The notes under the pieces are model-generated. The model did not search any database, was not told the origin of the DNA, and saw only the letters and a program-made list of their open reading frames with translations. Of a DNA stretch of 64,000 nucleotides, positions 1 through 13,481 are shown in pieces; position 1 is the first letter of the stretch; each line of letters opens with the position of its first letter. The stretch lies in assembly GCF_009914755.1 (NCBI RefSeq), contig NC_060942.1; one strand, given 5' to 3'. The position numbers and the translations under genes were made by a program. Origin of the DNA: the human T2T-CHM13v2.0 reference genome, Homo sapiens.

Positions 1-800
1 GATAATTAATTTTATTTTTTCTTGTTATAAAAGGAAATAATTTCATGATATGGCATTACTGCTGTGTACAATTTTAGCAGCATTTCACACTTTTTAATAG
101 ATGCTAAACTGTTCTCTCTCTTATATTTACTAGATTTTGCCTTCAACATTGGTGCCAATAATTTTGTTCAACTTTACTGTGCCTATCCTTGTCATCCTCC
201 TTCCATTTTACCCATTTATGTTGATATAACTTTACCTTTTATACCCATCTTACTTGTTTTCTCCCCAATGTATGGATTTGCTTTTTAGTATCAATTTAAT
301 TTTTGGATTTTATTTCATAGCCATATTCCATTACAAGTAGTCCAAATTAATTTTATGCATAGTATTCTTTCTCACAAATAATGCCAAATTAAATGTATCA
401 TCTTCTATCTATTATTATAAGGTTGGATTGTTCTCTTTTTTCAGTATTTTGGCATTCTATTTATCTTATTTTCTTTATCTTCTATATTTTCAAGTTTGCT
501 GCCCCATCATGGATTTGATTTGCTTTTCTAATTTTATACCCAATTGCATTCCTGACTTTCTATTTTTCCTTTTTCCAACTTAGTTCCATTTTTCTTTACT
601 ATTTCCATATGTGCATGCTTCTTTTTGAGATACGAAGCATATGTCCTCTAAATTTTCACCTTTTTTTTTTTTTTTGGTAGAACATCATTTTTAGTAATAT
701 ACGTTCTTTTTCTTATTCCTCTGTTCCTTCTGGGAAGTTTTCCATTTCTTAGGTCCATGTATTCATTTTTTTTCTGTTAAATATTCTTAAGCATGATAGA
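1..800 (-). mobile_element. Probable highly decayed old LINE-1 fragment
   Basis: Very T-rich sequence with the texture of antisense ancient L1. No diagnostic motif was recognised. Confidence 0.35.
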
Positions 801-1915
801 TACACTTAGGCATGTGCCAGCAAACAATTTGGGCTTCATGCACATGTCCCCTCCTACGTTCCACCTGGGTCTTAGGTTAATACAATGGTCCCTTTCTTAA
901 TATACAGTGGCAAGTACGAGATTGCTAGAGGAGACTGCACATCCCCTTACCCTGCCTGTGGCATTTCCATACCACATTAGGGAGTTTCGCATTTGTCTTG
1001 GGAGAGTAGAAGCATGTCTCGATCACAGGGCGGCACACAATGCCGCGACCCTCCTCCTGATCTGGGCTTCCATCACAGTTCCTTCCCTTAGACTAAGAAG
1101 CAAATCTAGTGGATGGATTTTCACCTACCTTTCCTACTGACTTTTCATATGCTATTTAAAAACATGTTGTTGAGGAGAGCTTTGGGGAGTTCAAATCACC
1201 GAGGTGTATGAACAGTTTTTTGGGTTTTTTTTTCTAATTCTTAATTCTTCATGGTTACCTTTAGTTTCTTAGACAATTAATCTATACCAAGTTTCATTTT
1301 CTTCATTTGCTATCAATCAACAGATTCTCTCTTAGCCTTAGATTCCACCCTGTCATTCTTTTATATTCATTTGCTATGAGTATCCAGATGTATATTATTC
1401 TATATCAAAACTCCAAAAGCTGATTAGTCATTTAAGACACAATATATACCATAAACTAGAGATGCCTGTCTTAAATGTACAAAATTCTAGGACCAATGGC
1501 AAGCAGACCTCATTCTGACTTAGGCAGCTACAGTTATAATCAACTGAAGTGTCCACCAAGAAAATACAACTTAGTACGGTCTTCGAAGTGTCCTGGGGCC
1601 AGTGATCCCCCATCACACCAAAGCCATTCAGAATTCTAGAGCAATGATGTTGATAGTGAAATCTACGAGAGCTGTCCGTCTTTTCGTGGTCCTTGTGTCT
1701 CCTTTCCTTGATTGCTGTGGTTGATAACATACAGGAAAATTGACTGATATCGTTTATAAATGGACTTGGTCAGTTTACTTTGTGCACTTTCTCTTTATAT
1801 GAGTCTGATAAGAATTGAAATGACCCAAAGTCAGATCTCATAAAATAGGTGACAGACAGTGGAAGAGGAAAGGGAAGAAAAGGATTATTTGCAGAGATGA
1901 CTGACTGGTTTCTAA

Positions 1916-2225
<310 letters not shown>

Positions 2226-4334
2226 GGTTTCTAATTTCCTAAATGCATTCTCTGCTTGTATGGCCAGACAAATCAGATTCGACTTGCTGAAATCCAGTGG
2301 TTGTCCAGCAAAGGCATTTAGAATGGCCAAAAACGGTATAAAGAACTAACAATCTAATAGTTTTGTTTGCATGAATATCCTAGTGACCCTGATTAAGTGG
2401 TGCTCGATCCAGGGCAAAGATGGGTGGGTGGTTTGAATAAGATTGGTTAACCTACTGGCGATGTCTAGAACCTACTGGAAGCACCTCCCTGATACATTCA
2501 ACATCTCCCGATGAGACTCTGTAAGTGTCTAAGAAACGTTGCATTTGTTAGTAATTCTAGCAAGAATATTGTCATGAACAATACTTTTTAAAAGGTAAGA
2601 ACATTGGATTTTTCTCTTCCTTTAGTGTCATCTCATTTCTAATCATTCTGAGCCCTGGCCATGATTTATGAGTGATTTAGGTCTATGTTGGCCAAGCTGT
2701 TCTGTGAAACAAGATTGCAGAAAATGAGAAGAAGGGCTGGCTACATTTTATCCCTCCTCCTTAAAGTTACCCACACGTGAAAAAGTGGGACTTCCAGGAT
2801 ACCCATTTAATTACGAGTTATTTCCATCACCTTAAAGCATGTCACCCCTTTTAATTTTTTTCTTTCCCACAGCAAAATTTCAGCATCTTACAAGGATTGG
2901 TCCTTGGAACAACTGTTTGCAAACATTGCTTGAGATGATTTACATCTCTTCTCTGATTGGCTGACAAACGCAAGTAGCTGCAGTGACAGACTTCTCATTG
3001 TGACAGATGGGCCACAGTTATTTCCATTTTAGTCTGTTTTGTTTAGAATTTATGTTGACAAAAAGAAAAAAAAAAGAAAAAGGAAAGAAAAGATTTCCTG
3101 GAAACGGGGAGGTGTTTGTTGTGTTTCACAAGATGCCTGAAAGGCACAAGATTTCTTTCAACTTCAATCGTCGGAGGATAACACTGCCTGGGGGGCCGCA
3201 GAGCCGCAGTCTGGCACCGTGCAATGCAAATCAGCCTGGAGACTGACAAAGAAGAGACAGAAAATTGATATTCCACTAGTTTTGAAAAAGCCCAAAGTAA
3301 TATTTACAAATAAGATTTTTGATGATGCCAAGAGGAAGATAGTTTTTTTAATAAAACAGAAAACCATAAATTCTCCTACCAGCAAACAAATGCAGTTCTC
3401 ACAATGTGACTATTTTCAGCAGTCTTTTTTGGTGAATGCGCCCACTGCTCATTTGTGAAGGAAACACATATGGACCCATTAACTCGTGATATGGGATTTC
3501 TGGGTTAAATTGGGATTGCCAATGGGAAAATCATTTCCAGGTTCAGTGGTTTAATTTCTGGTTGACAAGACTAAGTTTATTCAAAGCATAAATGAGGAGG
3601 AGGGGGATCTATGGAAGACCAAGGCATATAGGTTAGCAAAGTGCCTTACGCCATGCTCAATAAATTGTAGTTATTATTTGCAATTGTTATTTTTATTGTA
3701 AATATAAATTGCTACCCATCTTTTTTTGCTATTTTTTTTCTTTATGGGATAATTTGTAATTGTTCATCTGAAATTTTTTAGAACTCCATGTATTTCTTTT
3801 CTTAAAGCTTAGGAAATGTTTTATTGGAAATTTTTGATGTAGGTCCTTCTAAGGTTTAGGATATAAATATGAAAGTGCTTTTCTTCACTTCGTTTGCAAT
3901 TTTTAATTTACAAATTCCACAATCACATCCTTTTGAGGCTCCAATCACTTCTGTATCACAACAATCATTTATTTTTTGCTGAATTAAATCCTTAGAAAAA
4001 GCTTCCCTCATTATTCTCCTAGACTTCCCCGCCACCACCCCCCCCAGAGTAATAAACTGTGAGCATAGCAAGCAAAAATCTGTTTCTTTTTTAGCAGAGT
4101 GATTTTTTATTCAATGTCAAGACAGGTGAAATTTGCTTTCACTCCCATGGCAAACCTTACACAGTCCTGCTTTCTGCATTTCTTTTTAACTGCTGCCCAC
4201 GTTCCCCTCCTGGTGGAGAGGCTGACCTCATCCCCACGGCCCCTCAAGAGCTCCATTCTATCCTCTTCTCAAGCTTCTTCACCACCAGCTCATCTTTAAC
4301 TTCTTCATTCTACCATGTTTTAAAAAATTAATGT

Positions 4335-4500
4335 TTGAAACTTTTTATTTTGAATCATTTGTAGAATCACATGCATTTTTTCAGAAATAATTTAGAGATC
4401 TTGTATACTTTTTACGTACTTTCCCCCAGTGGTAATATCTTAACCAAACTATAGCACAATATCACAACCAGGAAATTGACATTTACTCAACCTGCAGGCA
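4335..4500 (-). mobile_element. Old L1 (L1MC-like) 3' end fragment
   Basis: TTGTAGAATCACATGCA...TTTCCCCAGTGGTAATATCTT...ATCACAACCAGGAAATTGACATT resembles the antisense L1MC 3' UTR and is similar to the copy near 26400. Confidence 0.65.
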
Positions 4501-6362
4501 TAATCCAGGTTTCTTCCCCTCCCCACCCCCCGCCCCCGCCCCACAGGGCCCATAGAAAAACTTTGGGAATTCTTTCCCTCCATATTTTGAGTTTGAATTA
4601 GTGCCTTTAAGAGTCTGGGATGAAAAAGTAGGAAACGGAATAATACCATATGATCAACATCCTGGAAGGACTATGGCTGTGACCTAAGTAGGGGAAGTTT
4701 TGCTGTAAACGTCCCCCGCCAGAGCGGGCCTGGGAGGATTCGGAATTCCTAGTACCTGGCTATGACCCAGGGCATCACTCACCTGTAGCCAGCAAGGGGA
4801 TCTCTGGGTGACGGTGTGACAACCTAAGATAATGCTGCCCTAGAGGTGGTACACTAGTTTCCTAACCCCAAGGCATAGCTTATTTCTGCAAGTTCTCAAC
4901 TGTTCTGAGCAATCCAAAACAACTATAGGCAACAAGTGTACTGGTTTTATCAGCAAAAGGGCGGGACTTGGAGCCCATCCTTCTAAGAGGCTTCCATCTT
5001 CATAAACTGTTGCTGTCTCAGCAGTGTCTCAGAGCTGGGTCTCTGAATACAAATGGTGACGTCTTCTATCAGCCCAGAATTCACTGGTGATCTCTCCTCT
5101 CAGATAAATGCAGAGACCTCTGACTATCCTAGTTATTGAGAAGAAGCGGGTATTGCAAGATAGGAACTAGGCACTTGTAAGTGTTGATGTGTGGAAATGC
5201 AGGGGACCTTGTGCTGGGCGTCAAAGAAAGTGCAGAAATGAGCAGCTGCTACACATGTTCAGCTTCCTAGAAGCAGTCTGTTTGGGATGCACACAGTGGC
5301 GATATTGAGATTCTACACATGACCTTGCATACAGGGACTTTAATGAAGCAATGCCCTAAACTACGTGGGCTTGGGAATTACTCAAAACACTGGGAACAGT
5401 GGAAGAGGTGATCATTGATTGGTTGTAGGGTTGCAACTAAATGATGTAGTGGGAGAATCTGACACCAAGGGATGTGACCCTTATTTAGGGCGACTTGTGG
5501 GGCTGTGGAAGAGAAAACTTAGACTTAAAAAAATAGTCTTTTCCAAAATAAAACAGGCCCTGCATTTTGAGGCAACCGTCCATCAGATTCCATGGCTCTA
5601 GGCTGTGTTGCTGTAGCATTTCAAATTCAAAGCAATTCAAAGGAATTTCCAGCTACAATTCAAAGGAATTTCCAGCTAGACCTCAGACACAGCACTCAGC
5701 ACCAGGTGTCACAATGAGCTTACAGGGTTCTCTGAACACCTGGAACCTTCCAGAGCATATGCCCACTGTCTGTTCTGAGATGGCTAAGTTTTCTTCGTGC
5801 TTGAACTGAGGCCTTGGTTACTACACTCTCATGACCATGTCTGGAACAAATGTTTAAGGAAGCAGTCCACACAAGACTCTCAGGATGGCATGGCTGAGAA
5901 GATGCCCATTATATAAGAAACTGTAGAGTGAATAATGTTGGAATTTTAGTTTTTCAATTTCAACATAAAAGCAGAAGGGGATCGTATTTTTGGGCTTTGT
6001 GGTTTGTTTTTGTTTTTTTTTTCTGAGAATTTTATAATGGGAGGTGGTCTACAGTCGGGTCTGGGGCATTTGGTGCTGCTGCCACTGCTCTGACGTCTCA
6101 GGAGTGGTTGGTGGAGGGTGCAATTGGTGGAGGGGGCAGTGCCTGTCCATAGTGGGGTGGGGCCTGTCTGTGATAAGGCAGAAACAGGGCAGAAGATTCG
6201 GCAGAACATGGTTCAAAACAGCGGTGAAAGAAAAATAAAGAATTCCATCACGGGTATTCCATCCACCGGGATGCACCTTGTTACAACTGGGTCCAATCCC
6301 GTCACAGTCAGGTGCCGCCTGTCCTTCTGCTAAGCCCTTCTCCCCTCTCCCTGTGCTCCTGG

Positions 6363-6560
6363 GACTTGCATGTGTACTCACAGGGTTCCTCCCACCGTTA
6401 TTCAGACCTCCGCTCATTTTATTTCCTTTCTCTCTTCCTCATTATATCCAATGGTGTTTGTGACCCTTTCTTTGTGGTCCAGCCGAAATGCTGTCTATTC
6501 CATCACACCTCTGATAGTCTATTTATAAGGCATCTCTCTCCTTTTAACTTCTGTGTCCAG
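6363..6560 (-). mobile_element. Degenerate ERVL-class (ERV3) retroviral protease remnant
   Basis: The minus strand translates, with one frameshift, to ...KGERCLINRLSEV*...KKGSQ/TIGYNEEERKEIK*AEV*ITVGGTL*VHMQV. This resembles ERVL protease (LLDTGSEL...GAYGG...AQVRLTVG). Confidence 0.45.
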
Positions 6561-6940
6561 TTATCTATACCATTCTTGTGGTACATATCCCTTTATATAT
6601 CCCCATTGTCATTATTTGTTAAACTTAATATCTTCTTTACTAGGGAGAAATTCTTCAAAGTCAGGATATATATCTATAGTAGCTTTGCAGGTCATAATAA
6701 CAATAGCAAGTCTGTGAGATTTATGTCCTTCCAGATAGTAAGGCACAAAAGCCCATTGTGAGTTGCTCCAGTGATGTGATGCTGGTGAGAATGGACAGAG
6801 TGACACAGAAGAGCAAGAACCCCCCAGGCAGCCCCTCGGTGGAAGGGAATGTGGTTGCCAGCAGCGGATCCAATGGCCCACGAGTGCCATGGTGCTGGGT
6901 TTGCGACTTTCCTCTGCCACACAAGCCATCTTTACAGCCC

Positions 6941-6960
6941 CTGGCGCCCCCTGGCTGCTG
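6941..6960 (-). promoter_or_regulatory. Candidate CTCF binding motif
   Basis: The minus strand reads GCAGCCAGGGGGCGCCAG versus CTCF core CCACCAGGGGGCGC, with one mismatch at a conserved C. Confidence 0.45.
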
Positions 6961-8492
6961 CTTCATGAGTGACTTCTGCTCACCACCTGCTCTCTTTGTT
7001 CTCTTAGCAGCTGTGTTTTCCTGTCATCTCCCTCCCTGTCTATGCTACATGCCTCTTTCCTAAAGAGAGGGTCAAACTGGGCTGGCCCATGTCATCCAGT
7101 ATGGAGCAATCCTCTTCTGATGAGCGCTCTCGCCTTGCCTCACTGGATCCATAAGCAAAAGCTGCTTTGTCCATCCTCTTTAACACAATGAGACCACAGC
7201 AATGAGGCCAAACCCACAATCAAGTGATCCAAGCTTGATTACCAGGGGTCACAGACACCTCCACAAGTTACTATGGGCATAGCAGCTTTCTTATGTTTCC
7301 TCAAAAATGAGTATTGTAATATTTCCTGGCCTCACTGTTATGATAGCATTTTGGGTATCTACTGTGAACCAGTTATCATGCTAGATACATCCAAATCAAT
7401 CTCTCACTTAATACAACATCCTTAATGGATCAGGTACATCTGGCACTGTGACTTCCTCACAGAGAATAAGTAGCTTTTCTAGTCACACAGTGGGTGGAGA
7501 AGGGCCAGCTCTAAGGTCGCTCTCAGAGTAGCCTTACTTAGGAATGCAATTGATCTCTCTATATCTGAAGTTCATGCCTTCCTGCATTGATGAATAATAT
7601 GCTCTTCTCCTTCCCTTCTCCTGGAGCAATTTCTTTTTAATAGTCTTCTAATTATGAGCTCTTTAGCATCAAGTTTGTGTGAGAGTGGTGTCTTATACTA
7701 CCTTGGGCTAAACTGTGTTTAATTTAGGCTTTATACTGATACTTTTTCAAATTCTTTCTTATCTTCATTGTTATTTTCTCTTTAGGATCTTATCCATTAT
7801 TTTTATTCATTCTATTTGACATAGAATGTCCTGTCCCCTGCCTCATGTTCAGGCTGGAGTCCTCGATCAGGTGCCTCCTCCTTCCTCTAAGTCCTTGTCA
7901 GATGCACCCGTCACTCAGACGCCATCAGCAGCGATCCAGAAGGCTACATGCTCCGGCTTTTATTTTCAATCTAGCTACACATATTCCACATCCTTTTTCC
8001 TCTTTCAAAGTCAATAAAAATAAGTTTCAGGATTTTTTAAGGTCTCTCATTTATTCTCACATGAATCAGCAGAGATGAGTAACAGTCATAGGTTTGATGA
8101 ATCCTGGCAGTTCCTCCATCATCCCTGGGAAGAGAGAACCTCTCACTACCCATGTCAGGGCGATGCGTGCCTGCCCTCATGCCCTTCCTGGAAAATTGCA
8201 ATGTCTCCCATTCCCGGGTGAATAACACATCCATGGAAACCTGGGGCTCTTTTCCCCTCGCAATGTGAGAGATATTAGGTCTTCATAAGAAACAGCTCTG
8301 TTCTGTGTGGCAAAAACCTGACTGATTATTTTCACTAAACTCTGAGCTTCCTATTGGCAGGGTGCTTGCATCCTCACAGCACTATTACAGTTTTTTTTAA
8401 TAATTCTTTTCTGGATAATTTTCTCTAACCTAATTAGGAGCTCTTCTAAGAAAGCTCAAATAGACAGGAGCGTTGGGGAGAGAAATAAAGAC

Positions 8493-8535
8493 AAAGAGAG
8501 AGAGAGAGAGTGAGGGAGAAAGAGAAGGAGAGAGC
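8493..8535. repeat. GA-rich microsatellite
   Basis: (GA)n-like run seen directly. Confidence 0.85.
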
Positions 8536-10897
8536 GATTTCTCAAGTCGTTGTATCTTCTGTCTTCATAAGACATCTTATTGGTAGTGACGGCTTTAAGC
8601 AGGAGATGTGCCTAACTTTCTGGTCAGTGAAAACATCTTTTCAAAAGCCCCAAATGTGGGATTGGAAATTGAATTAGAGTCTTTCCTTCCTCTACAAAAC
8701 TTTACCTATATCTGTTCACCTTGGACTGTTGGTGGCATTGGGGATTTTGGAAACCTGTGTATGAGCTGGTCTGACTGTTCACCTTCCTCTCAAGATGCAG
8801 TGGTATTACACTTGCAAAATAGTAAACACTAGCAAACAAACAAACAAACAAAAAGCATCACATCAATTTTGCGCTCTGTGAGCAATCCAGCTTTGCACCT
8901 CACCCCTGCACATGGCCCTGCACACAGTGTGCAAGCAAGCTCACTTCTCCTCCAGACCATCTCAGTGTCCTTCATGGGCACCTTCCCTGCTGACCATCTC
9001 TGGTCCCTCTGAATGTCACAATAAGGCTGTAATTTAGTTCCTTAATCAATGACATTATATGGTTACTATGATCAAGTAGTTCAACATCTAATTTCCTAAT
9101 CACCAGAATGTCAACATTTGTAGTTTCAGGGGGAAAGGGAAAAATAAAAACAACGACTATGGTAGTTTTGAGAAAATACCTATTCTAACAACGCGCTACT
9201 AGATATACGAATGCTATTTTTTGAAAATAATAAAAACACACCAAAGAAAAACCCCAACAAGCCCTTGAGGTGTACAAAACAGAATATTTAAGCTTATGAA
9301 CCACAGTGAAAGTTTTAAAAGTTGTATTTCTAGTTGAGCTGACGTTTATTCCAGCCTCTGGATAATATTGAGTCAGAAATTCCCTGGAAATCCAGCATAA
9401 AATAATTAGATGAGCAGCATATCATGTATGTAGTCTTGTCAGAAGAAAATAGAAAGCTTGTTTAGCTTCCTTTTTATTGGTCTGATTTTTAAACGCTTGG
9501 GTGTGCAAGATGTGGAATTAAAGTAAGTCCTAGAGAAGTTCTGAATACTGCTGTCCTTCCACTTGTCAATTACTTTAGGGTAGCATGGGGTGGATAGAAA
9601 TGTATCTGTTTGATTTTGTTCCTTCTCTTTCTCCAGGATTTCCTGAGTCTCCCGGTTATTCAACTAAGCACAGATTGCTGTTCATACAGATACATTGCCA
9701 TGACTTCTGATTTGCTGTCTGTCACTCCCATTAATAACCGACTAGGCTGTCAGGCTGTCACTCTTTGTTGTTGTAACGATTTGTTTCATACAAGGGACTT
9801 GATTCATGAGGAAGAGGGGAAATAAAAACCCTACAGTTGTCCTGTTGACTTGGAGGTACACAGGGGTTATGGAAAAGCGTTAGGCAAGAACACACACTGC
9901 ACTTTTATCCTCAAAAACTAATCACCAAGCACACAACTGGGATATTTTTAAGCTGAACAAATACTCCTCTTGGAGCTTGAAATTTGGTGGAATTCTGACC
10001 AGCTCTCAGGAATATTTCCATCCACAATCCTCAAGTAGCAAGTAGCTTTGTCTGACATAGCCCAAAGCACAGTTCTCCAAATGAAGAAAAAGACTTCGCT
10101 TTCTGGAGCACTCTGCCTGGCAGGGCCATCATTAAGCACCCGAAGGTCGTGTGTGGGCAAGCCGCCCCCACGTGCCAGTCCCCTTGTGGGAGGCCTGGTT
10201 CTTTGAGAGCCCAGGTAGCAGAGGGTCTACTGAGGTCTAATTGCAGTGCCATTTTTCATTCCAGTTTTCAGAAGAATTTTCACCTGTGCCTTTAAAGAAA
10301 TGCAGACTGTGCTTGGTGACAGCCACAACAGGGGCCATCTGATGTCCTTGCCACCCAACGCTGCAGTTTCTCCAGTTCTAGCCCAGTTTCTCTGCTCCAT
10401 TCAGCAGGGAATTCTCCAACAGTTCATGATGGAAGGAGGGGAGATTCTCCCTTCATCCCCCATTTCCGACAGAGAGGGTAAGAGGCCCTGCTTACAGGAC
10501 AGATGGGTTTGTGAGTGTCACGGACTCCTGAGTGGTTGCTCAGCTAGCCAGCTCCTGCTCTGGGTGCCACAGCCCTACCGGTGGGAAGCCTCCCCTCCTT
10601 TCCCCCTTCTCCTGCACGCTGTCCTTCAGACAGTCCCACCTCTCTTCTCTTGGATGGACAGCCACTCTCATTTTCTCTTTCCCTCCAAGTAACACTGAAT
10701 CCAAGAAAAGACCTGTCTTTCCAAGGAAGGCTGAGATGTGAAGTACTGCTCATCACCCATGACAGGTATCAAGCAAGCGAGTGACAATTTAAGGCAGAAT
10801 GTAAAGCATTTCTAAAAGCCACGTGTATAATAGGCTCCATTCCTCACAGGTTCTCCAAATGCTCATGAGAAAAACTGGGTGGCGTGAAATAATGAAA

Positions 10898-10921
10898 ACA
10901 CAACAACAACAACAACAACAG
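10898..10921. repeat. (CAA)n microsatellite
   Basis: Run of CAA repeats. It explains the poly-Q and poly-C ORFs in the track. Confidence 0.9.
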
Positions 10922-11499
10922 AGAACAGTCCACAATGCTGCAGGCCTGGAGAAGGGGACTGGCCCCTGCTGTGGGGTAAGCACAACCTGCCCTGCCCCGC
11001 ACACCTGCAGCTCTTTTCTATATGGAGCACAATCCTTAAGCTTCTGGTGAGAGGCAGCAAACACTGTTGTCTGCAGGCACAAGGAAAGACTCATTCTGGC
11101 TAGAGGAAGAATAAAGGTAACAAGAAATCTGCCAGGAGGGAGAGGCAGGAAACTGTCCTGGGCCCGTGGTCCTGTATCAATACCAGTAGAGGTATCAGAA
11201 GAAAGGCTGGAAACTCTCAAGCCCCACCAAGGGCACAAGGATGAGACTGGCTGCAGGAGGAGTGAGGTCAGTGAGAAAGCCCCACCCTGCAGGCTCAGGC
11301 ACACAGGGCCCGTGAAGGCCAAGGCCCAAGGAGAACTCTGCAAGCCGGAAGTCAGCATGTGCCATCTTTAAAGCACTGGGGAAGAAAGAGAAACCGTGAA
11401 CCTGGAAATCCACACCCAACAAAAATCTATCAAAAATGAAGTCAAAATAAAGACTGCTAAAGAGAAACAAAAGATCAAAGAGCTCAATACAAGCCAATC

Positions 11500-12405
11500 T
11501 TCAGGGAGAAGAAATAAGATACCAGCTAGAATCTTACAAAAGAACTCAGAACATGATTAAAATAAAGTTGATTTTTCTAATTTTCAGTCACTGGAAGTGA
11601 TAACCATCTAGAGCAAAGCTAGTAGCTACGCAATGTGAGTTGAGGCATATGTAAAAGCAGAACGCATGACAGCAATACCGCATAAGACTGCAGAGTGAAA
11701 TTAGAAGCAGGCTGGTGTAAGATTTTTATAGTACATGGGAAGCAGTGTGTTATTATATGAAGATATATTGTAACAAATTAAAGATACACATTATAAAGTC
11801 TAGGACAGCCACAAGATATATTTTTAAGATACATAAATAATGAATAAACAGTGGAGATGAAATTAAAACCTAACACAACTTGAGCCAAAAGCAGGTGAAA
11901 AGAGATGGAGAGAAATACAAGAACTGGTGGAACAAATAGAAAATATAAGAAATTAGTAGATACAAACATATTAATAATCATATAAAGTATAGACAGACTA
12001 CACATACCAACTAAATACAGATATTCTCTGACTTGGGATAAAAAAGAAATATTCAACTACATGCTATCAGCAAGGTGTATGCAAGGTGTCTGCAAGGTAT
12101 CTTCACAGTGACTTAAATACAATGGCATAGATAGGTTAAAATAAAAAGATACAAAATACATTCCATGCTGACACTAATGAAAGTATGGCTATTATAATAT
12201 CAGACAAAGTAAACTTTGAAAGAAGGGAGATTGCTATGGATAATGAGGGACCGTATGTTATGATAATGGGTCAACCATACATCATGATATATGAGTCAAG
12301 GTATCACAGTCTGAATGTGTACGCATGTAACAACAGGGCTTCAAAATACAAAAAACAAAGACTGAGTGAACTGAAAGAAGAAACAGAAAATCCAAAATTA
12401 TAATT
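11500..12405 (+). mobile_element. Old L1M fragment (inter-ORF region and ORF2 endonuclease start), dead
   Basis: ORF 12185-12403 (MAIIISDKVNFERREIAMDNEGPYVMIMG...LNVYACNNRASKYKKQRLSELKEE) matches L1 ORF2p EN (VAILISDK.DF...DKEGHYIMIKG...LNIYAPN.RA.KY.KQ.L.ELK.E). Confidence 0.85.
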
Positions 12406-13481
12406 AGATTTATGGTGTCAGCTCCAAGATATAAGGAACTTGGCAGTCGCCACCCCCCAAATTTTACGATAAGGAAAAGCTGAACAAACTGAAAATTCAC
12501 ACCTTTCTTGGATCCATTAGCGCACTGAGTTGCAAGGCAAACTGTCATTCCAAAACCTGGAAAGCCCGAAGAGATATAGCACCTCAGTTCAGCTACCTGG
12601 AGCAGAAAGAAGCTACTGGAGGCCTTAAACTCCTAGGAGCACTTACTTGGTGAGCAATTGGGACCCGTTGCTGGAAGTTGGGAGCAGAATGGTGTGAGAA
12701 TGAGAAGCCCCTGGGGCTGCAGACATACCAGGACTCATACACTCTTTAGGGCTTGTGAGTAGAATTCCCCAATATTTATAAAATATATGAAACCATAAGT
12801 CCAAGCCATCCAGAGATACCTAAGCAATATAATTATAATAAATGCAAGAAAAATGAGAACATTTTAAAAATAAAAGCAACACCATCACACCTAGATATGT
12901 CGTATTCATACTTCAGAAAACCAATCAGGAAGAATAATATTCTGAAGTTAGCCAGTTTACCTAAATCAAGGGGAAATGACAAATATAAAGATAAGAGCAG
13001 AAATCAATGAAATTGAAAACAGAAAAACAATAAAGAAAATCACCAAAAGCTGTTTTTTTTTGTTTTTTTTTAGAAAATCTATAATATTGATAAATCTCTA
13101 GTCAGTATAACCAAGAAAAAAGGAGAAAAGACACAAATTACCAGTATCAGGAATGAGGGGTGGGATTTCCCTACAGATCAAACATCATTTGAAAAAGAAT
13201 AAGTGTAGAGGAATAACAACTTTATGCCCATAAATTCAGCAACTTAGATGCAATCGACAAATTCCTTCAGAGACACAAACTATCAAAGGTCACTCAAGAA
13301 GCCATGGATAAACCAAATAGCCCTGTATCTATTAAAGAAGTTGAATTCATAGTTAAGAATCTTCCCATAAAGAAAACTCAGACCCAGATGTTTTCATGAG
13401 TGGATTTCATTAGTCAATTAAGGCACAAATGCTACCAATTCAAAAACTTTCCCAGAAATTAGAATCAAAGGAAATACTTTT

